A stretch of DNA of 48,042 bases from a bacterium (GCA_037131125.1 JBAXRR010000004.1:1-48042); one strand, 5' to 3'. Shown: positions 30,001 to 39,290, counted from the first letter of the stretch. The notes: generated by a model not told the origin, from the sequence alone. Program-made: numbers and translations.

Positions 30001-31355
30001 GACTTCAGTACAAATTAAATAGCACAACAACTACAGGAAATAGTGTTGGTGGAACTACACCAATAAGTAATGCATTAAGAATATGCCACAAAGATATCTC
30101 TGTTCAAGCAAAGGTGTATACAAGAAATTACACTGTAGCTTCTCATCAGGAAGAATATTACACAGGTAATCTTGATCAATGCTATAACCCTAACAATCAT
30201 GTTCAATGGAGTTACAAAAGATCTGCTCTGAAACCTGAAGCAGATAAAACATACACAATATCTACTTCAGAGTTTCCATGGATTGGAACAGTAGCGGCAA
30301 TTAACGAAAGACTTTCTAAGGCAGATTACTTTTATCTTAATAATACAGCTACAGGAGCAACTACTAATGTTAATTTGAATGGAACAACATTAAGTACTGC
30401 AAACTTAGATGCCTTAGCCTTAAAATCTTGTGGATCAGGAGATAATTCAGATCCTACAATGTGTTACTGTGACGCTGAGCAGAAAGATCCACTTGCTATT
30501 TATCTTTGTCAAAATGGTTGGCTTACAGATAAAGAAAAGACTGAGGCAGGATTAACAGCAGAGGATTGTAAGAAACCAGATACCTCAAATGTAAGTAGTG
30601 TAAATGGAACATTCTTACATGGCTCAGGAGATAAAATATGTTCTGCGTATAATGATCCTAAGATTCAATCTATTTTCTCAGCAGCAGAAAAATCTTCTGG
30701 AGTTCCAAAAGAGATATTAGCAAGTATATGGAATACTGAATCTGGATGTGGATTACCAACAGGAAGTGATATTTTAAATGGAAAAGTACAAGATCAGAAC
30801 AATTTAATATGTGCAAGATGTAATTTAGAAGGTGCAGGCAAAGATCCAAATTCAGTGACACTTGCAGATCAACAAGATTCTGGACTTGCAAACTATAACG
30901 CATGTAAAGCAGCTAGTACTGGAAAATCTTGTAACGATGCTGCCGTAAAATATAACTATCCAGGTGTTGTTCAGTGCTGTGATGCAAGAGGACCAACTCA
31001 ATTTGAAATAGGAACTTGGAATGGAAGTATTGTTAACGATCCTAAATTTATAAGTTGTAGAAAGGCACTTGGTACTCTTGGACTAAAAACATCCAATGCT
31101 CCAGATAGAGCAGTATTTGGTGATGCTCTATGTGGATCTATGACAAAGTTTTCTAATGCAAGCGGAGGAACGACTACTTGGGATGATGCAACAATATTTA
31201 AAATCGCGCAGAATTATCATGGAGGCGGAGGTTGTTTAGCATATCCAGACTATAGTGCAAAACTTGCAAGTGGTGGACTTAGTAGTATGACTATTGGTGA
31301 AAGTTACTGTGGAAGAGTTGTTGACCTAGTTAATTCTATTAGAACAGCAAAATAG
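27003..31355 (+). CDS. Large secreted or membrane-anchored protein with clan GH-A-like glycoside hydrolase domain and C-terminal lysozyme/SLT-like domain
   Basis: 1450 aa from TTG. N-terminal hydrophobic segment; WVIAGHNEPN and LYVLESG (acid/base and nucleophile-like Glu); C-terminal AAEKSSGVPKEILASIWNTESG...ARGPTQFEIGTW...AQNYHGG...YCGRVV; many Cys. Confidence 0.7.
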   Translation: MEIRQDKKKLIYIVLTILPITLFFLFIFGFFSSSDANAVSTQAPAGAASFVSGVTTATEAGTPTTTCKLGANSAANIGDLIKVDAGNNTFNRGLNFGWVLTVLKDINEINGYEGITKIKKLIQDFRKSGTSVIIRICNGAECNGLGPQGASDITMANDGKQLGKYLTLLSYELMKDDQGGGAKTSPFWVIAGHNEPNAAEWRTPSGETAFMNSLINEVSDSYEVNKNLLELGITDPGLSASGAMPKEAFFFGIRSRINLLSPEVQNVPDGAESSTALKYYDAPSNAGGGGGAGCNGAKGGYFSRMIKCGAIFGELDGIATNLYTVADIKQGLEYAQTRQKKLYVLESGPENVFSKGGDAVRNSSNSFDSVVAYTDAEAKQYRYTFVDQFINNPQIGAILPFNSLPLSDLTAMTGNPVADRDFQPYTKNMYARKDANDAENFTKLAGTDNRYKTVTVSSKDASGNVTEKKIKTEPVSMNLGWPVFYEAQVIDMLNSAGCSNVFTRQCNYQADGSDNNKVATVNADSSDTKTAYYDMVDSIKNTDKESALAFKPWTKTVCIKYTYNGLGVVCDKKDIRNITITNMLTDAVFKSDMLTTVQVNIPLANTLSNTSINGTDELNYTQYGGSLKRMSYQDNVDFSRKSDATLQIDLPGNGGAKTQIAFPQLGSAIDLYSRDFFDYSTTDPDVLNQPKDFLNVTYKVPNSSVKADMSPAGRRLELENSKTSIKSIGELATPYANASGKSSSDSKLIRANGTDDTGMTKYTVYSSSVNDQVGQGGAIPDYKNYQAIKTDAKTDKVQFNASEILSEEAAVSRAQLEQNYFVSCSNITEYDKNLIGAGGKPMTFKNNEYPIAVNYDQDYSHGRCDGYPEGGVPGVNFTVTDGSGATVTDYSGMDSNLIPPGKPGSAYKDNHLTTVSKDCYRAWCQLASNKRKVDTDPEFNGGGGTNASAYSSGGSQFAFAYFPLTKDYSFLSKIQTASANVDSGSGMMRILRTAWEQSNRLQYKLNSTTTTGNSVGGTTPISNALRICHKDISVQAKVYTRNYTVASHQEEYYTGNLDQCYNPNNHVQWSYKRSALKPEADKTYTISTSEFPWIGTVAAINERLSKADYFYLNNTATGATTNVNLNGTTLSTANLDALALKSCGSGDNSDPTMCYCDAEQKDPLAIYLCQNGWLTDKEKTEAGLTAEDCKKPDTSNVSSVNGTFLHGSGDKICSAYNDPKIQSIFSAAEKSSGVPKEILASIWNTESGCGLPTGSDILNGKVQDQNNLICARCNLEGAGKDPNSVTLADQQDSGLANYNACKAASTGKSCNDAAVKYNYPGVVQCCDARGPTQFEIGTWNGSIVNDPKFISCRKALGTLGLKTSNAPDRAVFGDALCGSMTKFSNASGGTTTWDDATIFKIAQNYHGGGGCLAYPDYSAKLASGGLSSMTIGESYCGRVVDLVNSIRTAK

Positions 31356-31356
31356 T

Positions 31357-31785
31357 ATGAACATTAAGATGGAAAACAATAAACAATTAATCTTCTTTCT
31401 AAGCGCACTTGGATTCGTAATAATAGCCATTTCTGTGTTTATACTTATCTTTTTTTCGAATAACAAACAAAATACTAATCAAGCAACTACGACATCTTCT
31501 AGTTCTTCTTCAGTTTCGAGTGTAGCATCGAACGGATTAGAACAAATCCCAGAAAGAATTACAGATTTCATTGGTGCACTTCCCTTCCGATCCCAAGAAT
31601 TCAATGTAGATTATGATTCACAAACAAATGAAGTCGTTGTTACAAGTACAATGTATGACAAGAATCAACTTCCAGCTGTATTTAAGAACTGGATTAAAAG
31701 ATTTCCAAATCTAAATATCAACTCACTTAAAGTTAAATATATTGGAAATGAAGCTCAAGTTATAGATAAGATAAAAGGGAGTTAA
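31357..31785 (+). CDS. Small single-pass membrane protein with Ser/Thr linker
   Basis: 142 aa. N-terminal TM, TTTSSSSSS linker; starts 1 nt after the stop of the 1450-aa gene. Confidence 0.7.
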   Translation: MNIKMENNKQLIFFLSALGFVIIAISVFILIFFSNNKQNTNQATTTSSSSSSVSSVASNGLEQIPERITDFIGALPFRSQEFNVDYDSQTNEVVVTSTMYDKNQLPAVFKNWIKRFPNLNINSLKVKYIGNEAQVIDKIKGS

Positions 31786-31796
31786 TTAAGTAAATA

Positions 31797-32090
31797 TTAT
31801 TTTATCTTTACCCCTACCATATCTATTAGTGGATAATGTGATCTAATTTCAACCCAGAACTTCTCAGCAAGTTTTGAAGAATATAATCCAAATCCTGAAT
31901 TTTCAGATTTACCACAAAGTCTGGTTTCGTAATCTTTAATAACTCTCAATATTCTTGCTCCTTGAATATTGAACTCAGCTTGATGTTTTTTAGAATTCTT
32001 CGCATAGTCCGAATGCACTTTAGTGAAGTCATCAAACATAGGTTTATTTGCAGTTACCATTTCCTCATAAGTTTTTTTGAATTTTGTCAT
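31797..32090 (-). CDS. Hypothetical cytoplasmic protein
   Basis: 97 aa from ATG with normal charged/helical composition; fills the gap between flanking genes. Confidence 0.75.
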   Translation of the reverse strand: MTKFKKTYEEMVTANKPMFDDFTKVHSDYAKNSKKHQAEFNIQGARILRVIKDYETRLCGKSENSGFGLYSSKLAEKFWVEIRSHYPLIDMVGVKIK

Positions 32091-32169
32091 ATTATTTGTT
32101 TAACAGAAAAGTTATGTAAATTTGGTATGATATAGGTACAGAATATAATACATATTAAAATTAAGTTCC

Positions 32170-32574
32170 ATGATAAAGTTAAGATTCTATTTAGTTTGTG
32201 TAAGTATCTTAATATTTTGGGTACTATCTACCTTGTTTTCGGGGGTATCCGTTCGAGATGGATTATTTGGATATATAATTATTGGTGGAGCTTTTGGAGT
32301 ATTCATGCAAGCATCAAGTAGAGTAATTAGGTTCTTAACATTAAAAGAAAATATCCTTACATCAATTGTATTTTCATGTCTCCTATCTATCGTGCTATTC
32401 TTTTTACTTAACACATTTACCCCTGTTATTGCATTCAAAGATGGAATATTAAAAGGGTTTTCAACAGATGTGGTGGTAATAAAAGATTTTATACTAGATA
32501 AAAATACGACTTTAGCTATTTTTGCTATACTCTGTGGTACAATTAACGCACTCATGGATGAGTTAAGAAAGTAA
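32170..32574 (+). CDS. 4-TM membrane protein, phage-holin-family (YvlD-like)
   Basis: 134 aa, four hydrophobic segments; VIRFLTLKENILT resembles the PIL..LTLP.NILT motif of this family; lies upstream of secG. Confidence 0.55.
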   Translation: MIKLRFYLVCVSILIFWVLSTLFSGVSVRDGLFGYIIIGGAFGVFMQASSRVIRFLTLKENILTSIVFSCLLSIVLFFLLNTFTPVIAFKDGILKGFSTDVVVIKDFILDKNTTLAIFAILCGTINALMDELRK

Positions 32575-32590
32575 ATATTAATATATTTTT

Positions 32591-32830
32591 ATGGATGCAA
32601 AACAAATCTCTTCATACGCAATTATTGTTCTGGGGGTATTCCTTATTGTAACTATTCTATTACAAATTAGAGGATCTGGATTAGGTACAATATTTGGATC
32701 TTCAAGTGGTGGAGATTTCTATAGATCAAGAAGAGGTATTGAAAAGTTTCTATTTAACGCTACTATTATTTCAGCGATATTATTTGTTTCTACTTGTGTA
32801 GTAAATGTCTTATTAAACAAGACTGCCTAA
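32591..32830 (+). CDS. secG: Preprotein translocase subunit SecG
   Basis: 79 aa, two TMs; ILLQIRGSGLGTIFG...YRSRRGIEKFL. Confidence 0.92.
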   Translation: MDAKQISSYAIIVLGVFLIVTILLQIRGSGLGTIFGSSSGGDFYRSRRGIEKFLFNATIISAILFVSTCVVNVLLNKTA

Positions 32831-34609
32831 ATGCTTAAAATTTGGAGTTTCATTAAAAAGGTAATTTCAGAAATTAGGGATTTCTTTTGGTTCTACCCAT
32901 ATTTCTTTACTGACCATACTGAACTTGTAAATTCAAGTTCCGTTTGGAGATGGTTTATGAGAGCAAGACCTTTCAGTATAATTATCGTTCTTCTTGTCAC
33001 CTTCACACTTTCATTTATGGCTCTTACAGACAATGGGCTTCTTTTGATCAACCACTCAAACACTATTATAGAAGGACTTGTTAAAGATCCAGATTTTAAT
33101 GGAACACTTCTAGTAAATCCAATCATAGGAAATACAAATGAGATAAATAAAAGTTTATCTAAAATAATTTATGAATCTCTTTTCACTGTTCTTCCAAATG
33201 GAGATATAACTCCCCTTCTAGCTGAGTCGTATACAACATCAGATGGTGGTAAAAAATTCACAATTAAATTAAGACAAAATGTTACCTGGCATGATGGAGA
33301 AAAGTTTACAGCTGACGATGTTATTGAAACATATAGAAGACTTACAAATGTTGGAGCCGACAATAACATTGCTTCACAAACAATTCAAAAAACAGAAGTA
33401 AATAAAATTGATGACTACACAGTAGAGTTTGTAAAAGAAAGCGTTGTGGCTAATTTTCTAGAGTTAATTAATATAGGGATTATGCCAAAGCATGTTCTCG
33501 AAAGAGTTACTGTTAATAAACTTGAAAACAACCCTATTAACAAAGAGCCTATTGGAACTGGAGCATATAAATTGCTTTCAGTTAACGAAGATCGTGTAGT
33601 ACTCGCTGCAAATAACAAATACTGGGGAGGAAGACCTCTTGCAAACTATTACCAGTTAAACCTTTACAATACTGAAAAGGATGCAGTAATTGCACTTAAA
33701 TCTGGTCAAATACATATATTTAACAATCTCTCTCAGTACTTTATTTCTGATCTTGAAGGAAACAAAAATATTACTCTTCAAAAAAGTTTACCTATATATA
33801 GACAATACTGGGCTTTGTATTTTAACCTTAATAAAAAGGATACTATATATAGTAACTTAGAAATAAGGCAGGCTATTGCTCATGCAATAGATAAAACTGC
33901 AATGATATCTGACCTTGGTAATCTTGCTAGTCCTGCTCTTACAACTATCCCTCCAATATCTTGGGTAGAACCAAAAGGTACATTAACTTATGATAAAGAT
34001 AAAGCAGTTAAACTACTAGATAGTAATGGATGGATAATAAATAACAAGACTTCAGTAAGAGAAAAGAACGGGAAAGAGATAGAAATAAATATTACTTATC
34101 TTGATTCAGATACAAAGAAGATTGTCGCTGAATCTATTAAAAATGATCTTGAAGCAATTGGAATTAGAGTGAACTTAACAGCAAAAAGTGCAACGGATAT
34201 TAAAGACCTTACAGTTGCTAATAGAGAATTTGATGTACTTCTCTATGGTGTTGAAACTTCAAGCGATCCTGACAGAATTAGATTCTGGCATGAAAATGCA
34301 ACAACATATCCTGGTCTGAATCTTTCAGGATATGTAAGTACAATAAAGATAAAGGACCCTGTAACTGGAAATAGATCAAGTAGAATTAATGATGCATTAC
34401 AAAGAGGGTTAAGCGTTGAAGATAGAGCTCAAAGGAAGGATCAGTACGAAGCACTTGTTAAAATACTTGATACTGAAGTACCTGCAGTTTTCCTTTACTA
34501 CCCTATTATGTTAAGCGCAGTGAATACAAGAATCCAGAATTTTGACACTAGTAATATAACGCTTCCTGAAAATAGGTATAAAGATATCAAAAAGTGGAAA
34601 ATTAAATAG
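32831..34609 (+). CDS. ABC-type peptide-binding protein (solute-binding family 5), TM-anchored
   Basis: 592 aa. IYESLF...PLLAESY...LRQNVTWHDGEKFTADDVIET; PIGTGAY; IRQAIAHAIDK; EVPAVFLYY. Confidence 0.9.
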   Translation: MLKIWSFIKKVISEIRDFFWFYPYFFTDHTELVNSSSVWRWFMRARPFSIIIVLLVTFTLSFMALTDNGLLLINHSNTIIEGLVKDPDFNGTLLVNPIIGNTNEINKSLSKIIYESLFTVLPNGDITPLLAESYTTSDGGKKFTIKLRQNVTWHDGEKFTADDVIETYRRLTNVGADNNIASQTIQKTEVNKIDDYTVEFVKESVVANFLELINIGIMPKHVLERVTVNKLENNPINKEPIGTGAYKLLSVNEDRVVLAANNKYWGGRPLANYYQLNLYNTEKDAVIALKSGQIHIFNNLSQYFISDLEGNKNITLQKSLPIYRQYWALYFNLNKKDTIYSNLEIRQAIAHAIDKTAMISDLGNLASPALTTIPPISWVEPKGTLTYDKDKAVKLLDSNGWIINNKTSVREKNGKEIEINITYLDSDTKKIVAESIKNDLEAIGIRVNLTAKSATDIKDLTVANREFDVLLYGVETSSDPDRIRFWHENATTYPGLNLSGYVSTIKIKDPVTGNRSSRINDALQRGLSVEDRAQRKDQYEALVKILDTEVPAVFLYYPIMLSAVNTRIQNFDTSNITLPENRYKDIKKWKIK

Positions 34610-34620
34610 TACCCTTTACT

Positions 34621-34649
34621 TTGTACAAAATGATTTTGTATTGTACAAT
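34621..34649 (+). promoter_or_regulatory. Candidate secDF promoter TTGTAC-N17-TACAAT overlapped by a perfect inverted repeat
   Basis: -35-like element at 34621-34626, -10-like element at 34644-34649; TACAAAAT-G-ATTTTGTA at 34624-34640. Confidence 0.4.
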
Positions 34650-34698
34650 TCCCCAAGTTAAATTATTTGCTGCAATTTGTGTATATTAATATAAAACT

Positions 34699-36246
34699 AT
34701 GAAACTAAACCGCTTTTTACTCTGGTTCATCATATTTGTAACAGCAGGAGCAACACTTCTTAGCTTTCCAACTGTACCTGTTAAGTTCCAAATAGGTAAT
34801 TTTGTATTTGATAGAACCATAAAAGGACCTAACTTTCAAGATCTATTCGGAAGTAACGTACAAAAACTTGTAGATATTAAACTTGGTCTAGATCTTCAAG
34901 GAGGTACATTTATCTCACTTAAAGCAGATATGTCTAATGTTGCCGATGCAGATAAGACTGCAAAGCTTGAGGCGACTAGAAAAGTTATTGAAAGTAGAGT
35001 CAATCAGTTTGGACTTTCCGAAACAAATATATATGGTTCAATAAATGGAAGTGAATATAAAATAAATGTTGAACTACCAGGAAGTGGTAAAGATATAGAT
35101 AATGAAATTAAGATATTACAAGAAACTGCGAAACTTGAATTCTATTCACAAAAAGCTCAACCTGAAGATTTAAGTGGTATACCACAAAATCAAATTACAA
35201 CTGCAATGGTGCTTCAAGCTCAATGGGACAAGTCTAGTATTACAGGAGCAGACTTAAAAACTGCTAATGCACAGGCCTTATCTGGACAAACCACATCAAC
35301 TGTTACAGCTACCAACCAACAAGAAGTAGCACTTGTATTTACAACAGAGGGAGCAGGTAAATTTAATGCACTTGCAACTGCCAATAGAGGCAAACCTATT
35401 GCAATAGTATTAGATGGAAACATAATTTCAAGTCCAAGAGTTGCAGATGACTTCGGATTAACTTCAGGAGCATCAGACACTGTTGTAATTAATGGATTAA
35501 CACAAACTGAAGCAGATAATTTAGCAATACAATTAAGAGGTGGAGCACTTCCTACACCAGTAGAACTTATTGAACAAAAAACTATTGAAGCAACACTTGG
35601 AAAAGATGCTCTAAATAAAAGCATTGTTGCAGGATTAGTTGGAATATTATTAGTCATTTGCTTCATGATATTCCTCTACAAGGTAGAAGGACTTATTGCA
35701 TCAGTTGCACTTGTTATCTACACTTTAATTACATTATCCCTGTATAAGTTAATTCCTATCACACTAACACTTCCTGGTATAGCCGGATTTATTCTCTCTG
35801 TTGGTATTGCTGTAGATGCAAATGTCTTAATATTCGAAAGAATGAATGAGGAAATTAGAAGAGGTAAATCTAAAACTCAAGCCCTCAAGCTTGGATTTGA
35901 AAGAGCTTGGACTTCGATTAGAGATTCAAATCTTTCAACACTCATTACATGTACAATTCTTTACTTCTTTGGTGCAGTAGTAGTTAAAAGCTTTGCAATA
36001 AACTTAGCAATTGGAGTACTAATAAGTCTTTTCACAGCAGTTAGTGTTACAAGACAACTGCTCTTGGTAACTGTATTAAAGAAAGATAATTCTGTTCCTC
36101 CTGTAAAGAAGGAAGAAAAGAAAAGTACAGAGAAATTACCTAAAACAAAATTTAAATTTTCTAATCTTTTTGGATTTCTAAAAAGGAAAAACAAGAAGGA
36201 AGTGAAAAAAAACAAAACTAATCTTTGGAATTATAAAAGAAAATGA
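34699..36246 (+). CDS. secD: Protein translocase subunit SecD
   Basis: KLGLDLQGG, RVNQFGLSE, IAIVLDG, LRGGALP, TLPGIAGFILSVGIAVDANVLIFER, IRDSN. Confidence 0.97.
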   Translation: MKLNRFLLWFIIFVTAGATLLSFPTVPVKFQIGNFVFDRTIKGPNFQDLFGSNVQKLVDIKLGLDLQGGTFISLKADMSNVADADKTAKLEATRKVIESRVNQFGLSETNIYGSINGSEYKINVELPGSGKDIDNEIKILQETAKLEFYSQKAQPEDLSGIPQNQITTAMVLQAQWDKSSITGADLKTANAQALSGQTTSTVTATNQQEVALVFTTEGAGKFNALATANRGKPIAIVLDGNIISSPRVADDFGLTSGASDTVVINGLTQTEADNLAIQLRGGALPTPVELIEQKTIEATLGKDALNKSIVAGLVGILLVICFMIFLYKVEGLIASVALVIYTLITLSLYKLIPITLTLPGIAGFILSVGIAVDANVLIFERMNEEIRRGKSKTQALKLGFERAWTSIRDSNLSTLITCTILYFFGAVVVKSFAINLAIGVLISLFTAVSVTRQLLLVTVLKKDNSVPPVKKEEKKSTEKLPKTKFKFSNLFGFLKRKNKKEVKKNKTNLWNYKRK

Positions 36247-37172
36247 AAATAGAATTCGTAAAATACAACAAGATCTACCTAATGATAACTCTTGCTTTAG
36301 TTACTTTAGCAATAGTAGCTATTGGTATTTGGGGACTAAAACTAGGAATAGATTTTAGTGGTGGAACTATTATTGAATATAATCTTGTTGGTAAACCTGA
36401 AACTAAAGATGTTGAGACAAAACTTCAAGGAACAGATAAAAAAATTGCAAAGATAATTGTTGCTGGAGATACATATTCTTTGTACTTTGAACCACTAAAA
36501 GATACTGAAAGAGACGCTATAGAAGCTCAGATAATCAAAGCTTATCCAAGTTCAAAAAGAGTTGCAGTTGAGACAATTAGTTCATCTGTAGGAGTTGATC
36601 AGAGTAAAAGCGCACTATTATCAATTCTTTTTGCATCCATAGGTATTATCATATTTCTTACAATTTCATTCAAAAAAGTTACAGCACCTTTCAAATCTTG
36701 GGAGTTTGGAGTTAGTGCTGTGCTTGCTCTTCTTCATGATGCAATTATTGTTCTTGGAGCTTTCGCAATACTCGGACATTACTTTGGTGCAGAAATAGAC
36801 TTACTTTTCATTACTGCAATTCTTACAGTTATTGGATTCTCTGTTCATGACACTATCGTTGTCTTTGACAGAATTAGAGAAAATGTAATTAAGTACGGAT
36901 CCTTAGATTACAAAACAGTGGTAAATAACAGTTTAGTTGAAACACTTGCTAGATCTATTAATCTAACAGTTACTACTCTTTTAGTCTTATTAGCACTTTT
37001 TGTTTTAGGACCTGAATCTTTAAGATGGTTTCTAGCAGCTTTAATAATTGGAATGTTTAGTGGAACATACTCTTCAATATTTGTAGCATCACAGATATTA
37101 ATCCTCTTCCAACCAATTAAAGAGAAACTTAAAACTCTTAAAATATTTAAGGGTAAGAAGAAAGAGAAATAA
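36243..37172 (+). CDS. secF: Protein translocase subunit SecF
   Basis: LGIDFSGG, LLHD, GFSVHDTIVVFDRIREN, TLARSINLT, GTYSSIFVA; 4-nt overlap with secD. Confidence 0.97.
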   Translation: MKIEFVKYNKIYLMITLALVTLAIVAIGIWGLKLGIDFSGGTIIEYNLVGKPETKDVETKLQGTDKKIAKIIVAGDTYSLYFEPLKDTERDAIEAQIIKAYPSSKRVAVETISSSVGVDQSKSALLSILFASIGIIIFLTISFKKVTAPFKSWEFGVSAVLALLHDAIIVLGAFAILGHYFGAEIDLLFITAILTVIGFSVHDTIVVFDRIRENVIKYGSLDYKTVVNNSLVETLARSINLTVTTLLVLLALFVLGPESLRWFLAALIIGMFSGTYSSIFVASQILILFQPIKEKLKTLKIFKGKKKEK

Positions 37173-37185
37173 TCCCAATTACTTT

Positions 37186-38250
37186 CTAATTACAGAAGCT
37201 TGTATTCCCGTTAATATAGCACCTTATATTCTTATTGTGATCTGCATATGTAACAGCGTAGTGGATTACACCATCTGTGCCATGTAGATAGTAAAAGTAT
37301 GGGTTAGAAGTTGGGTTAATAGATGCCTTCAAGGACTCTAATCCAGGATTAGATATTGGTGTTGGTGGAAGTCCAGGCTTTAAATACGAGTTATATGGAG
37401 TATTTTTTGCTTTAGTATCATTTGTAATCACAAATTTCCAATTCTTTTGTTCGTATAGAAGTGTTGCATCTGCTCCAAGTAGTTTAGTTCCATCCCCTTT
37501 TCCATCCAATCTCTTTCCTAAAACATCAGATATATTTGCTCTTTCAGTAGCACCTCTTCCCTCTCGTTCAATAATAGAAGCTAGAGTTACAGTTTCATAC
37601 AATGAATACTTCTTACTTGAATTTTTGTATAAGTCTAAAAATCTTGTTTCAAAACTATTTAATAATTTCTCAACCAATGCTTGTGTAGTAATATTTGGTT
37701 CTACCATGTATGTATCCGGGAAAAGAAATCCTTCAAGTGTTTTCCCTTTTGGAATATATGTTTTAGCAATATTTGAATCTAGTGAATATTTACTTGGATT
37801 ATTAACAATATCTATGAATGTTTTTTTATCAAAAGAGACTTTATCATAACTACTAAATTCATCTGCAAGTGTTGTTGCAATTTCATCTGCTCTTAAACCT
37901 TCTGGAAAGAAAATCTTTACATTAGTACTTTTGGGATTATTAAGTACATCCAAGATTTGTTGAAAGTTAAGATTCTTTGCAATCTGAAATGTTCCAGCTT
38001 TAATCTTACTAGATTGACTAGTTTGTTTTACAAATAATAGGAATAACTCAGAACTTGTTATCAGGTTATTATCTAGTAACTTCTTTGAAACAACGTCTGG
38101 AGTATCCCCAAGCTTTACTTCAAAGTTAACAATAGAATTATCACTACTATTAGGTTTTGTAGTTTCATCTGCATACCAGCCAGTTACAAATATGTAACCT
38201 AAAGTTAAGAATGCAATTAAGAAGATAAGTATTATGAGTATTTTTTTCAT
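37186..38250 (-). CDS. mltG: Endolytic transglycosylase MltG (YceG-like)
   Basis: FPEGLR, LEGFLFPDTY, LASIIERE, PYNSYLKPGLPPTPISNPG, YFYYLH. Start moved to ATG 38250 (MKKILII); the ORF track start is 38286. Confidence 0.93.
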   Translation of the reverse strand: MKKILIILIFLIAFLTLGYIFVTGWYADETTKPNSSDNSIVNFEVKLGDTPDVVSKKLLDNNLITSSELFLLFVKQTSQSSKIKAGTFQIAKNLNFQQILDVLNNPKSTNVKIFFPEGLRADEIATTLADEFSSYDKVSFDKKTFIDIVNNPSKYSLDSNIAKTYIPKGKTLEGFLFPDTYMVEPNITTQALVEKLLNSFETRFLDLYKNSSKKYSLYETVTLASIIEREGRGATERANISDVLGKRLDGKGDGTKLLGADATLLYEQKNWKFVITNDTKAKNTPYNSYLKPGLPPTPISNPGLESLKASINPTSNPYFYYLHGTDGVIHYAVTYADHNKNIRCYINGNTSFCN

Positions 38251-38446
38251 AAAATTTTGTTTAATTAAGTCAAAACTTCCCTTCATATTATCATGAAATA
38301 AAGGACTATATAACCCTACCTAAGAAAGTATCAGTATATAGTAGTACATACCTCATATACGATGTTTAACAAAAGTGATCCTATTTTGTTACTATTTCCA
38401 AACTACTTTGTTACATAATCCATAGGGATAAAAAGCCCATTCCGGA

Positions 38447-38475
38447 TGGACAATAGTATCCTGTAGTGTTATAAT
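38447..38475 (+). promoter_or_regulatory. Array promoter copy 1: TGGACA-N17-TATAAT with extended -10
   Basis: TGGACA ATAGTATCCTGTAGTGT TATAAT, 29 nt before ATG 38505. Confidence 0.75.
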
Positions 38476-38504
38476 TACTTACTATATTTTTTATATATAA
38501 CAAA

Positions 38505-39080
38505 ATGAATTCATCAGTAATTTCACCAGATATCACTAGAAGAGTAGATTATGCTCCTTCTAGAGTATCTATAGGTCTTAGAACCCTCCTTATTGGAGTT
38601 GCCCTGTATGCAAATTTAGGTGGACATGTTGCAATTGCAGAAACAAATTCACCTACAGATACTGGATGTACTGCTACAGGTGATGTACTTGCAAATGGAA
38701 ATAAGACAGTATTACTCCAAAAAGGAGGACAATTTGTAGACATTGTAGCGAGAATTTTACCTAAAACTAATGGGAATAAAAAACCAAACAGTCCAAAAGA
38801 TTCAGGACTTGCAGGAAGATTTGTAATTAGTTATGTCAACGGTGAGACTATTATTAAAGAAGTATTTCAATCAGGAGATAGAACAGATGAAATGTCTGCA
38901 ACTATTGAATTAACTCAATCTGGAAGTATAAGTGCTGATATGTTCACTTTAAATGGCGTTCCAAACGGAAATACTCCAGTAGATACTATAACTGCCCCTA
39001 GCTTTTGTACACTTAACCAAAAAGCTCAAGCTGTAGAAGTTAAGAGAACTTTATATATTCCAGCCATAAGAACTAATTAA
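38505..39080 (+). CDS. Secreted/anchored beta-rich protein, array paralog 1
   Basis: 191 aa. YAPSRVSIGLR plus hydrophobic segment; two Cys (GCTATG, SFCTL); C-terminal TLYIPAIRTN. Confidence 0.8.
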   Translation: MNSSVISPDITRRVDYAPSRVSIGLRTLLIGVALYANLGGHVAIAETNSPTDTGCTATGDVLANGNKTVLLQKGGQFVDIVARILPKTNGNKKPNSPKDSGLAGRFVISYVNGETIIKEVFQSGDRTDEMSATIELTQSGSISADMFTLNGVPNGNTPVDTITAPSFCTLNQKAQAVEVKRTLYIPAIRTN

Positions 39081-39107
39081 TAATTCTTAGGCAAAGTATA
39101 CGAATTT

Positions 39108-39139
39108 AACACCCTGATTAACACTCAGGGTGTTTTTTT
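39108..39139 (+). terminator. Rho-independent terminator
   Basis: Perfect 10-bp stem AACACCCTGA/TCAGGGTGTT, 7-nt loop, T-run. Confidence 0.85.
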
Positions 39140-39232
39140 ATTTCTAAGTTTTTAATTTAAGATACAAAACACATAGTTATCATTCATCCTCATATATTAG
39201 AAATGAGATTAAATAGTATGTAGGACATTCTA

Positions 39233-39262
39233 TGGACAAAAGATGACTTGTAGTGATATAAC
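39233..39262 (+). promoter_or_regulatory. Array promoter copy 2: TGGACA-N18-TATAAC
   Basis: TGGACA AAAGATGACTTGTAGTGA TATAAC. Confidence 0.7.
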
Positions 39263-39290
39263 TTCTTACTATTTTTTATTGCATAATAAA

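Noticed and set aside
32170-32574. Prophage lysis module (holin-like gene near a lysozyme-like domain)
   Set aside because: No phage structural, packaging or integrase genes are present, and the 4-TM gene sits in housekeeping context with secG.
39243-39290. Longer starts for array genes 2 and 3 (39243 and 39981)
   Set aside because: 39243 lies inside the conserved promoter and 39981 is a TTG in the leader. ATGs at 39291 and 39993 match the spacing of the other copies.
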